Positions 32,657 through 43,142 of a stretch of 64,000 nt of DNA are shown in pieces. Each line of letters starts with the position of its first letter. Position 1 is the stretch's first letter. The DNA is taken from assembly GCA_964291215.2 (NCBI GenBank), contig OZ219790.1:1728001-1792000 (forward strand), in the 5' to 3' direction. The notes beneath the pieces are model-generated. The model ran no database searches. It had not been told where the DNA came from and saw only the letters and a program-made list of their open reading frames with translations. Both the position numbers and the translations under genes were made by a program. The stretch comes from Alphaproteobacteria bacterium. Its GTDB lineage: Bacteria; Pseudomonadota; Alphaproteobacteria; MPNO01; UBA830.

Positions 32657-33458
32657 CGACTTCTTCGTACGCGGGCTTCTCGCCGCAGCGGGGACCGCGT
32701 GCTTTGCCGGGCCGGTCGGCTGCATCATCCTGTGGCGCCGCATGGCGTATTTCGGGGACACCATGGCGCACTCGGCGCTGCTCGGCGTGGCGCTCGGGTT
32801 TATCGTCGGGCTGGACCCCGGAATCAGCGTGTTCGTGGTCGCGATCGCCATCGCCCTTTTGCTCCTGCTCCTCCAGCGCGTCACGAGCCTCGCAAGCGAC
32901 AGCCTGCTCGGAATCCTGTCACATTCCGCCCTAGCCCTCGGTCTCGTGGTGTTGGTGCTCGCGGACACCAGCCAGCGCCATGACCTGCTCAGCCTCCTCT
33001 TCGGCGATGTACTCGCGGTCACGGGTAAGGATCTCGTCGTGATCTGGGGCGGCGGGGCGGCCTGCCTCGTCGTGCTCGCCTGGATCTGGCGCGGCCTTGT
33101 CGCTTCGATACTGCACGAGGATCTTGCGCGCGCCGAGGGTGTGCCCGTCCTTCGCAACCAGCTCGTCTATGTCGTGCTGATGGCGACGGTGGTCGCCACA
33201 GGCATGAAGGTGATCGGCGTTCTCCTTATCGTGGCGCTGGTGATCATTCCCGCAGCTGCAGCACGGGCGCTTTCGCGCACACCCGAACAGATGGCGCTGA
33301 TCGCCGTCGCCAGCGGGGTCGTGGCCGGGATATCCGGGCTCTGGGGCTCATTGTGGCTTGACACGCCGTCCGGCCCCAGCATCGTGGTCGCGGCAATGGT
33401 ACTTTTCGTGCTCAGTCTCGGACTCCGCTTCCTGGTCCGTCCCGACAGTGGCCGTTGA
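32649..33458 (+). CDS. znuB: Zinc ABC transporter permease
   Basis: WRRMAYFGDTMAHSALLG, LLFGDVL, DTPSGPSIV; GTG start. Confidence 0.93.
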   Translation: MLDDFFVRGLLAAAGTACFAGPVGCIILWRRMAYFGDTMAHSALLGVALGFIVGLDPGISVFVVAIAIALLLLLLQRVTSLASDSLLGILSHSALALGLVVLVLADTSQRHDLLSLLFGDVLAVTGKDLVVIWGGGAACLVVLAWIWRGLVASILHEDLARAEGVPVLRNQLVYVVLMATVVATGMKVIGVLLIVALVIIPAAAARALSRTPEQMALIAVASGVVAGISGLWGSLWLDTPSGPSIVVAAMVLFVLSLGLRFLVRPDSGR

Positions 33459-33588
33459 TTGTCGGCGCTGCCATGTTGGGCCTCTCCTGTCCCTGCGGGC
33501 GGCTGACGCCCGCAGATCCCGACTGCTGCGACGCCGCCATGCAGCGCCAACCTGCCATAGCGGGTCGTCTGCGGCAGAACTTGCCTGA

Positions 33589-34091
33589 TCAGCCCATCTG
33601 TTCCTGTATGGCCTGCACGACCACCTGACCGATCAGGTCCATCCCGGCGATTTGTCTGATTCGGGGCGCCAGCCTTGTCAGATCGGCTTTGTCGATCAGC
33701 ACATGCCACAACTCGCAGGCATCGGCGAGGCTGAAGATCATCATGTCTCTGGGATCGGGAATTGTCTCGTCCGAGAGTTCGCGCACTATCCGCCGCCTCA
33801 CGTCGGCCAGCGGTTGTCCGTCCTCGGTTACACTGTATCCGGCGCCCATCACGCATAGCCGGTCGTACTGTCGGCGGAACAGTATGTCGCGGGAAATCAG
33901 CCGCTCTACCAGCGACCCTTCGAGGGCCGGATGGTCGTCGGAGAGTTCGCGAATCCAATACTCGATCGTCCGTTCCATGCCTTCGGAGACGATCCTTTCC
34001 AGCGCGCGATCGAGCGACGGTTCACCAAGAGGAGATGGATCGATGACAAACAGCCGCTCCAGGTCAGTGTCTATGCGGTTGTTGATGGCCT
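33589..34091 (-). pseudogene. GPP34/GOLPH3-family phosphoprotein, 5'-truncated
   Basis: NRIDTDLERL...LDRAL...YWI...IPDPRD...LADAC...MDLIGQ; the N-terminus is replaced by unrelated eroded sequence (34092-34457). Confidence 0.65.
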
Positions 34092-34457
34092 TGGTGCTTG
34101 TCCGGGCGCGCGCCGGCCCGCGCGGAGCGGATGCGATCCCTTGTCGGTGCCGTGCCTTGCCGCGACACAGGCTGACCTTCAGGCCGCCCGCCAGAAGCGC
34201 CGATCGAGCACGCCGGACCTTGGTAAAGAGAACGCGCAGACCTTTCAACAAGCATCTTTTCTCGTCCCCTTCCCTGGCCCATTGCCGGGAACCGGAGGTG
34301 CGGGTTCCGGTGGGCAAGAACCGTTCCGGTCTTCGGCCGGTCTTGCTTTCCGGCCGGTGGCGCCGGGTCTGCAATGCGGTACCGAGCCCGCGCCAGCGCG
34401 CGGGTTTCATCGTGCCGGCTGAGGAGTCCGGCGGTGCAGGTGCAGATTTTTTGACCT

Positions 34458-35915
34458 GGTACTGTAACTTGATGTCTGGAAATTTGTCCCCCCGTTCCAT
34501 AGTGAAGTGCAACACATGATGGGCTGTGGCCATGTGTTTTTAGACGCATGATGTTGCGGAGCTGTCCAGCAGCGGCGAAAGTTCCTGTACAAGATGGAGG
34601 GAGCTTGTTCATGTCCAAAGGCTACCGTCACCTACGAAGAGCGATGTCAGATTGAGGCAGAAAAGCGGTCTTTCACAAGGTGCGATTGCTCGGCAGCTGG
34701 GCCGATCAACAATTTTCCGGGAGATCAAGCGCAACACCGGGGGACGGGGTTACCGTCACAAGCAGGCGCAAAGGATGGCAGAAACGCGCCGCAGGACAGC
34801 CTCGTCTGTTTCCTGGCGGTTGACGCCTCGGGCTGAAGCTCAGAAAAAGCTGCGGGAGGGCCCCGAGCAGCGGCCGTTTTCGACTGGAGGGCCGTGGGTC
34901 GGCAACGGATCTATGATCGCCGAAGATCGGAGAGCCGGGAGCGTCTTGTGGAAGAAGCTTCGGCGGCGCGGCAAGAAGCCGAACTGGAAGGGCGGATGCC
35001 ATTCCGGCCGGGTCCTGGCCGAGTGGACATTTCCGAGCGCCCTGCGGAGGCAAAGGAACGGATCGGCGACTGGGAGCCATCATCGGCAAAGCTCACAGTG
35101 GAGCTGTCGCTGGTTGATCGTACCACGAAATACACCTTGCTGGGTGGACAGAAAGACCGCAGATACGGTTGGTTCGGTCATGATCCGCCTGCTCGGCTCT
35201 GGTGCGCTATTGGTCCACACAATCACGTCAGACAACGGAGTTCGCAGACCACAGGCGTGTCGCACTTGACGCAGATTTCTTCTTCGCCTTTCCATTCTTG
35301 GGAGCGCGGCTTAAGTGAGCACACCAACGGCCTGGTGCGGGAGTACTTCCCGAAGGGCACGGACTTTCGCGCGACATGCAACGAAGATGTTCAGAAGGTG
35401 CAGGATCGGCTCAACACTCGGAAAGTCCTGGGATCGCCGACGGAGGTAATCTTGAAGTGAAACCGCCCTGACCATCTGCGTTCCAAAGCCGCAACGTGCA
35501 GCAGGGTCCATGCCGCGCGACGGCGGAATAGTGGCTTGAAGCCGACAAAGGCGTTGCATAAGCTCGATGTTGAAGGAACTGAAGCTGTTCCCAGGCGGAA
35601 TCGAGAGGGGCAGAGGGGAAAAATTTGCGCAACACCCGGCCCTCATCTCCGTTCGGGCTACGCCCTCACTGCGATGAGGGCCGGGTGTTGCACTTCAGAC
35701 TGGAAGTGGGGGTCTGAGGTTTGCGCTTTGAGGCGTTTCACTGGGGGGCTAGCCCCCCAGTGAAACGCGGCGCCATCGTGCTATCCCATGGAGTTGTAAA
35801 ACATTCATGGAGGAAGCAAATGGACCTGCGACACACTACGACGATTGAGGCCGTTTTGGAACATCTGATCGCAAACGGAGCAACGGATCTGGGGCGGATC
35901 TTTGGTCAGCTCTTC
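34458..35915 (+). mobile_element. IS256-family left end and transposase start, interrupted by IS30 and cut by IS66
   Basis: End ggtactgtaacttgatgtctgg (also at 47022 and 49105); hairpin gcgtttcactggggggctagccccccagtgaaacgc; MDLRHTTTIEAVLEHLIANG. Confidence 0.7.
34489..35711 (+). mobile_element. IS30-family element copy 2 (eroded)
   Basis: Same IRs as 23011-24206; 3-bp TSD gtc. Confidence 0.92.
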
Positions 35916-37902
35916 CGGTTACAGGGGTCTGAGGGTCCGCTTCCAGTCCTTGCGGAGCGGGCCAGATGTCCTTCTTCGGCTTCTGTCATGTCGGTCGTAG
36001 CGGCCGCTGGTTGTTCCGACGCGGCCGGCAGACGCCGCGGCGCGGGACCAGGGTCTTGCAGGGCGTGGTGTTGCAGCGCGCGGTCCATGCGGCGGTCGAG
36101 AAGCAGCGGCTCGCTGTTTCGGTCATGGACCGCGCAGCGCATCTGCGCGCCGACCAGGCGCGTGTATCCGAGGTAGTATCAGAGGGCGGAGCTCGTCGAG
36201 GGTCTTCAGGGCGGCGGCTCGGTATCCGACGTGATCAGCTTCGGGGCCGGCGGGGTCCGGGCTGGCGATGGGTCCGCTCCGTGATCGTCGCAGCAGCCGC
36301 ATCTGCGCGGCCATGAAGTCGCGCCCTCGACCTCGCCGTTCTCCGCGCAGGCGCCAGCGCAGAACGTCGAGGCCGCTCCTCGCGACCGTGCCGTGTACAT
36401 TACCGCCGACAGCCGTCCATGCTGTCGAAACCGAAGCCGGGCTTCCGCCCGTTGACCGGGCCCCTGACAGCCCTTTCCCCGAAATTGTTGTCCATGGTCG
36501 ACGAACACGCGATGGTTGAGCGCAGCGGCTTGCCTTCCGGCGCCGCTTTCGGAAGCCTCGGCGCTTCCGCAAACAGCGCGGCGACCGCAGTCTCCGGCGC
36601 CGCCTCGAACGCCGCCGGAAGCAAGGCAGTCGAGCCGTGTTCAGGCGGCAGATCTCCGCGATCGACCCGTCCGTCCGCCCACCCCTCCAGCTGCGGCCGG
36701 CGCAGTCCGGAAAGTCGCGCCAACAATGCGCCCGACAACAGCACAGGATGATGAAGGGCCACAGGCGCGCCAGCTTCTTGCAGGCGCCGTAGCGGTCGCA
36801 GACCGGATACATGGGGCGTCCGCGAACAGCTTCGCCGCGACCTCGGCGCTGCGCGAGGGAGAGAACCGCGTCACGGCTGACCGATGTCCGGAGCCAGGCG
36901 CGACTTCCGGACCTCCCTCAGGGCCCGGATGCATCGGCATGGCGCAGACCCCGGTGCGCGAGGATCGCGTCCCGAAGCGGCTCGAACAGGGGCAGCATCT
37001 GGCTCGCTGGCCAGCGTTCCCGGCGAAAGCCCCTGGACGCGGCGCGCATGCACGCGCTCGTGCAGCACATGCGTCCACACCCGAATGCGGTGCCGGGAAA
37101 CAGCCGCCGCCTCGCTCGGTGAACCGGGGCAGTCACAGCCCCGGCGGACAATCCGCCGCTTTTGATCACGATGATCCTGGTGCGAACCGTTGGCAACGCA
37201 GCACGAGCAGGCGTCCTCTGCCACCTCCAGCCGCTCCTCCACCTCCTCGAGCGCCGGCCAGGAGTGCCGCACTGCTGGCCGCGCTTCGATGACGCCCGCT
37301 GCCTCTTCTCGCTCTTGCGCCCGTACGACCTGTTCGAACGAAGCTTGTCGTTCTCCGCCCCGACCCTTCAGAACCTTCATCGCGGTCTTCAGGCCGGCAT
37401 TCTCCATGCGCAACGACACCACCGTCGACCGCTTCCGCGCGCCAGCCTCGGCAAGAAGTTGGCCCAGACGCGCAACCTCCTGCTCCAGCGCCAGAGACTT
37501 CTTCGCCATCCGCCGAACTTCCCTGATCTCCGCACGGGCAGCTGCCAGCTTCTCACGATTGCTCTCGAAAATCGCCTTCAGGGAATTCGTGCGGCAGCGC
37601 TCCTCTACCTCCTGCAAGCGCAACTCCTCACAGCGACCCTCCGCAGCCGCCGTGCGGGCTTCCGCCGCCTCGGCTCGAATACGCTCGCGATCGTACCGGG
37701 ACTTCCAGGTGGCCGAATCACGACACGACGACTGCGGCACGTCGCCAGCGGCGTCCGCACCCGATGATGACACGAAATCCTCGATGCACATGACCATGCA
37801 CGACCTGATAGCACCGCCGAATTCCGATTACCAGCACCCTTCTTGCAACCGCCCAAATAAACCTCAGCGCAGATCGTCATCACCGCATGAACGAACGCTT
37901 AC
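35916..37902 (-). mobile_element. Second, distinct IS66-family element (eroded)
   Basis: End gtaagcgttcgttca; LSPGTLA, CDRYGA, C-AH--RDF, MDNNFGERAVRGPV-GRK motifs; the other end is degraded. Confidence 0.78.
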
Positions 37903-37977
37903 CTTCGGGTTAGCGTGAAATTGCCCTGATGCAGGACCCCGATCCGCCGCCGGCCGGGGACGGCAGCGCGACGCTGC

Positions 37978-38850
37978 TTACGGCGCCGGCCGGCGGCAGG
38001 TCCTCGTGGACAGGACCTGCCAGAGGCCGCGCGCGAAACAGGCCGCATACCGAGTCTTCGTCAGAACGACGCGTTCTGCCAATGGATCCCGGCGACGCAG
38101 CTCCACGCCAAGCTTCCTCGCGATCGCAACAATCGTCGCGGCTTCGACCGCAAAGCGGATGTTCCTGAGCCGGCCCGGCAACCCGTCTGCCGCGTCCAGC
38201 AGGCGATCGGTCGCGTCAAGACAGCGATCAAGGACCCGCCGCAGGGCAGCCGTGGAACAGTTCCCGCCAAGCGCGTCGATATCGGCGCCGGCTTCGGATA
38301 TCCAGTCCCCGGGCAGGTAGACCCTGTCCAGGCTCCGATAGTCGTCCCCGCAGTCCTGCAGGTGGTTGATCACCTGAAGAGCATTGCAGAGCGCGTCGGA
38401 GGCCGAATATGCCGACCTGCACTCGCCATGCAGATCAATCAGATAGCGGCCAACCGGCGCCGCCGAAAGGTTGCAGTAGCCCATTAGGTCGGTCCAGTCG
38501 TCGTAGCGCAGCTTGATCGCGTCCTGCCTGAACGCGTGCGTCAGATCGACGCAGTGCTGGTGCGTTACCTGCGTCGCGGACAGGCTGCGGCGGATGTCAT
38601 GCGCCTTCCGAAAAGCCGGATCGTCGGTCAGACAGCCGCTGACGGCCGCGGCGAAACCCTCGAGCCTTTCGACCTTGTCGCCCGGCTCGAGGTCCGGATT
38701 GTCCGCGATGTCGTCGATTGCCCGCGCATAGGCATAGAACGCCTTGATGTGCGGCCGCAGACGGCCGGGAAGCAGCCACGATCCGACGGGAAAGTTCTCG
38801 TCCTTCGCGCCCTTGCCGGACGGCGTCCCGATTGCAACGGTGCCGTTCAT
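37978..38850 (-). CDS. hpnC: Squalene synthase HpnC
   Basis: ENFPVGS, ARAIDDIAD, AFRQD, YCNLSAAPVGR, LQVINHLQDC, DRVYLP. Confidence 0.9.
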   Translation of the reverse strand: MNGTVAIGTPSGKGAKDENFPVGSWLLPGRLRPHIKAFYAYARAIDDIADNPDLEPGDKVERLEGFAAAVSGCLTDDPAFRKAHDIRRSLSATQVTHQHCVDLTHAFRQDAIKLRYDDWTDLMGYCNLSAAPVGRYLIDLHGECRSAYSASDALCNALQVINHLQDCGDDYRSLDRVYLPGDWISEAGADIDALGGNCSTAALRRVLDRCLDATDRLLDAADGLPGRLRNIRFAVEAATIVAIARKLGVELRRRDPLAERVVLTKTRYAACFARGLWQVLSTRTCRRPAP

Positions 38851-38990
38851 CGCCAACTGCCGAAACTCCACCGAGCGGTGCGACCCACCGCCCGCAGTCT
38901 AGCGTGGCATCGGCGCCGATGACAGTCTCCGACGCCGCACGGATGATGGGCGCTGCTGGCAAAGCAGGAGAGTCTCACGCTAAATTCTGT

Positions 38991-40507
38991 GTATCTACTC
39001 ACCCCTTGTTGGGTTCTGATTGGTCGTAGTTCTCGTTGATGATGTCTGCGGCTTTTCCGTCGAGGGCGATCTGGGTGGCGACGTGATGATTGTAGCCGAG
39101 TGCGGCCATAGAGGTGAGGTAGCTTGAGCCCCGGCACCATGCTTTTGCGTGGAGCGGAAGCATCCGGACACCTTGACCTTTGCCATCCTGATCTTCTGTT
39201 CTCCGGCATTGTTGGTGAAGCTGACGTCAGGGTCGTCTGTGAAGCGCAGGTTTTCGTGTTTCACGAGACGTTCGTGCAGGTTGTGCGCGTTTGCGATGCG
39301 TTTTCCTTTCGTCGGGATGTCGGGCAGTTCCTTGGCGCCCTGATGGTGCGGTAGCGCCCGGCTTCGTTCAGGGTCCTGGATGCGCTCTTGTTGATCTTGT
39401 GGCAAACCTCGCGGAGCAGGCTCTTCATCAGTCGCGCAGCAGCCTCGACGACGAAGGTCAGTTCGCGCAGCAGGTGGCTGCCGCTGGTGGCTACACTGCC
39501 ATGTACGAGGCCCAGGACGCCCTTTTAGCACGGGCCGATCTCTTGCCCGCGCTTGCGGTGCGAAAACTTGCACGTCAGGGTCCCACGACATGGAGCAACT
39601 TGCTGTTGATCCGAAATCATCGACATCGGGCGTTGCAGGAGGTGCGCCACGGCGGCCTCCTCCCATGACGCATCGTGAAAGCATGGCCGAGGCCTCGGAG
39701 AGCTTGATGCCGGAGATCGCCTGCACGAGCGCGACGGCGCAAGGACAGCATTTGGGCGACCAGCAGGTTGATGACGAGGTCCTGAATGCCGTACTGCACG
39801 GGATGTTGTCGGGGAACCGGCCCTTGCACTTCGGGCATTCCTCGGCGTCGACGCGGCGCGACCTCGAACACGATGTCGTGCGGCGCTCGACGGGGCCGTC
39901 GGCGCCGCAGGCCGCGACCGTCTCCTCGACGATGGTCTTGCGCAGGTTGTCGCCCATCTGCCGGTTCGGCTTCGGGCCGTTGCTCCCGGCACGCTCTTGT
40001 CCGTCTGTGACGGCGGCAGACCGGAGTTTCGGCTCGGGCGTGGTCTTCTCCAGAAGGACGACGATGAGGATGTCGAGCAGGATGCGAAGACGCGGATCGC
40101 GGCCTCTTCCGCCACCTTGCCGGCAGCGCCGCGATCCGGGTCTTGGCCGCTTCGGACTCCTCGCGCGCCGCCCGTCGCCATCACCCGGCCTCGACGGTCA
40201 TGATCGTTGCGAGCATCGCCTGGCGCTCACCCGGCGACATCTTCCGGTACTCCGCCGCCCGGCCTTGCGCTTCATCAGCGCGCCGCCTCCCGGATGCGTT
40301 TCCACATACAGATCATGCGGAGGCTGGAGCCCAGGAAGCAGCTGGCACAGCCCGCTCGTCGCCTTCGATCCAAAGTAGCCCACTGGCGGTCCCCGTCGTT
40401 CTCGATGACCACCACTAAACGAATCGGCCTGCAGTGTCAAATCTCCACGAAAACCCGTTCGTTGCTCTACCCCGACATCAAGCCGGAACCAGGGGGTGAG
40501 CAGTTAC
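38991..40507 (-). mobile_element. IS66-family element copy 3
   Basis: Same ends; 8-bp TSD aattctgt at 38983-38990 and 40508-40515. Confidence 0.93.
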
Positions 40508-40532
40508 AATTCTGTTTGATTTTTCGTAACTA

Positions 40533-41735
40533 GTAGTCTGGCATTATTGGATTGATAGATATAGTGATTTCAGTTTCGTCCGGGCATCCTTCGTCGTGAA
40601 ACGCCAGTCGACAGTGACATCGGCCGCATTGCGCCGTTCCACCCATGCTGCCGTCTCCCGCAGCATGGTGTCGCGGTCGGGAATGCGTCGCCGAAGGCAC
40701 TGCCGCGACAGTGCACCGATCTCGGCCATGTTGAGCCAGCTCCCGTGCTTCGGCGTGTAGCGAAACTCGAACCGCTTTCGCACCCGCCTCCTCGGGCTCG
40801 AAGGCTTCATACAGCGACTGTGCGTGTTCAGGTTGTCCAGCACGATCTTCCTGTCGGGGGAATGGTCGTCGGCAAGCTCCCGGATGAAGTGCGCCCGGTC
40901 CCGCGGCGGTCGGTGACTTTCACCGTGCGCCAGTTCTCGTTGGGCGCAAAGGCCATGAAGAGGTTGGCCGTACCGTTGCGCTCATATTCATAGTCGACCA
41001 CCTCCGGCTGACCGGGGGACGGGGGGGGGGGGGCCTTCGTCCGCTGCCGGCTGGTCTCCAGCACCTCGTCCCCGGCAAAGTCCCGCTGACAAATGTCAAG
41101 CACGTCCGTCGCCACGAACTGTGCGCTCCGGTGCGGTGGAATGCAACAGTACTGCTTCAGCCACCGCTTGATCTCTTTTTTTAGCGTCTACTTGACCGTC
41201 TCTTCCGAAATGCGCTCGACGATCTCCACCAGACGGCCGGCGAGCAGCGTCCACAGCCCTCGGGCGTGGACGAGCAGGGCGACCAGTTTCGCCTCCATCG
41301 CCCCGTCCAGCCGTTTCGGCCGACGGTTCACCTGCTCCTTGCGGCTGAGGGCGGCGTCCCTCCAGAACGCAGCGCTTGCGCAAGCGCTCGACCGTCGCCG
41401 TGCCCAGCGCAATGTCGGCATCGACAAGCGCCCCTCAGCATCAGGACCTGTGCCAGGTGGCCCCGGTGCCCGATCGCCTTCAGATCCCGGCGCTCCTGCG
41501 CCGAAAGGATCACCCGGTAGAGCTTCCTGCCCTGAGAGTTGGCCATATGCGCTGCTCCTGTCATTGCGCCGAAGACCTGCGGGTATGCCCGTTGTCCGGA
41601 CCTGCGCATGGGGCCGCTGCTGCCTGCCTGTTCGGCATCTTGCCCATGTGGATATCGGCACTGTCCGGATTCCAACGAACGCCGACACGGAAATACTACT
41701 CACCGAAAACCATCAATACAATGTCGGTGGACTAC
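40533..41735 (-). mobile_element. IS630-family element copy B (eroded)
   Basis: Ends gtagtctggcatt / aatgtcggtggactac in CTAG context; LDNLNTH, YTPKHGSWLNMAEI. Confidence 0.9.
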
Positions 41736-42180
41736 TAGGCTCTCGCCAGCCTCTCGGCGATCAGGATGTCACCGATGTCCCGGCCGGCGATCCTGATCGT
41801 CACCAAGGTCCGCGTCCCGGTGTTGTCCGGCTTGCCATACTCGACGGTCCAGTCGTTCGAGTTCAGTAACTCGATCACCCGGTCGCTGGCTCGCTGCGCC
41901 AGCGGGATTTCGGCGTCACCTCCACAGATGTGAGTTTGCGGTTCCGGTATGTTATAGTACTCCATCCGAAACCTCTCCCCGTCGATCCAGATCGTGTCGC
42001 CATCGACAAGGCAATATTCGTCAGCGGCACGCGTCTGTCCCGGAATACACTTGGCAATCTGCGGGCGAGGTTGAGCTGCGGCGGGTTCGAGCGGAGCGCC
42101 AGCGGCGGCACAAAGCGTCAGGGGGAGGACAGCCATCTGTTGGCGAAGGTTGGAGAATAGAGAAACACGAATTTGCATGG
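41735..42180 (-). pseudogene. Thermonuclease (SNase-like) protein, 3'-truncated at IS630
   Basis: CLVDGDTIWIDGE, GRDIGDILIAERLAR; the stop lies in the CTAG insertion site. Confidence 0.7.
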
Positions 42181-42246
42181 TCAGATCTAATCTGCTGCAA
42201 TCTGGGTGGTTGGGCGGAATACTACGTTTGCAAGCCGTTTCGGCTT

Positions 42247-42756
42247 TCATCCGCCACCCTCGCCGAGCGAAGCTGCGATGTCGCTGATCGATCGGAGCAG
42301 GACCAGGGGCTCATCCCTGGACGGCTCGAAGCCACGCCGCTTCCAGAATTCGGCGGCCTCGCCGTCGACGGCGTTGACCATCAAAGCCCGCCCACCGATC
42401 AGCGAGGCAGCCTGCACACAGCGCTGGAGAGCATGCTTCACAAGGCCGGTGCCGATGCCCAACCCTGCCCATCCAGTGTCAGTCGCGAGTTGGCCGAGCA
42501 GCATGCAGGGGACCGGGTTGGGCGGCTGGCCTGTCCGAATCGCCCGCGGCAGGACCGATGGCACAACGGCCGTAGGCGCGAGGCCATAGTATCCGACTAC
42601 GCGCCCGGCCTCATGCACCACGAGAACAGCGGTGAACCCCTTCTGCTGATTGGAGAGGGCGCGGGTTTTAAGCCAGTGGTCAAGCGTGGGTTTGCCACAG
42701 GTGAACTCGGATACATCGTGAGCGGCGGTAAGCGGTTCGGGGCCGGTCAGTTGCAA
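42247..42756 (-). CDS. GNAT acetyltransferase toxin (TacT/AtaT type)
   Basis: FTCGKPTLDHWL, VVGYYGL, LLGQLA, GLGIG; directly downstream of a DUF1778 gene. Confidence 0.88.
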   Translation of the reverse strand: MQLTGPEPLTAAHDVSEFTCGKPTLDHWLKTRALSNQQKGFTAVLVVHEAGRVVGYYGLAPTAVVPSVLPRAIRTGQPPNPVPCMLLGQLATDTGWAGLGIGTGLVKHALQRCVQAASLIGGRALMVNAVDGEAAEFWKRRGFEPSRDEPLVLLRSISDIAASLGEGGG

Positions 42757-42760
42757 TGGC

Positions 42761-43060
42761 TCACCGCTTCGCCACGTAGCCGGGCTCCCATGGCGCGGGC
42801 CGCTTCAACACTTCCACCATCTCCGGAACCGGGGCGGCAGGGCGCGCCAGCACGTCCATGAACTGGGCGAAGCCTTCCGGGCTCATCCGGATCAGCCCCT
42901 GTTCCATCACGACCTCCTCGGCCGCGCGCACGGCAGCGTCGCGCACGAAGTCGGTTCGCGAGCGGCCGCGCAGGCTCGATGCGCGATCGATCATTGCGAC
43001 GTCCGCCTCGGGCAGGCGCATCGAGATCGGGTATTCCTTGCGTTCGACGGTCGTGGCCAT
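42761..43060 (-). CDS. DUF1778 RHH antitoxin (TacA type)
   Basis: ISMRL...IDRASSLRGRSRTDFVRDAAVRAAEEV. Confidence 0.9.
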   Translation of the reverse strand: MATTVERKEYPISMRLPEADVAMIDRASSLRGRSRTDFVRDAAVRAAEEVVMEQGLIRMSPEGFAQFMDVLARPAAPVPEMVEVLKRPAPWEPGYVAKR

Positions 43061-43142
43061 AGCGAGTCTCCTTGGTCGGCATATAGCGCCTTGTATCGCT
43101 AATTACAATACACCAAGGTTATCTCAACAGTCAACGACCTTG

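Noticed and set aside
33589-34533. 314-aa ORF as one protein
   Set aside because: Chimera of IS30 end, IS256 end, an unidentified remnant and the GPP34 C-terminus
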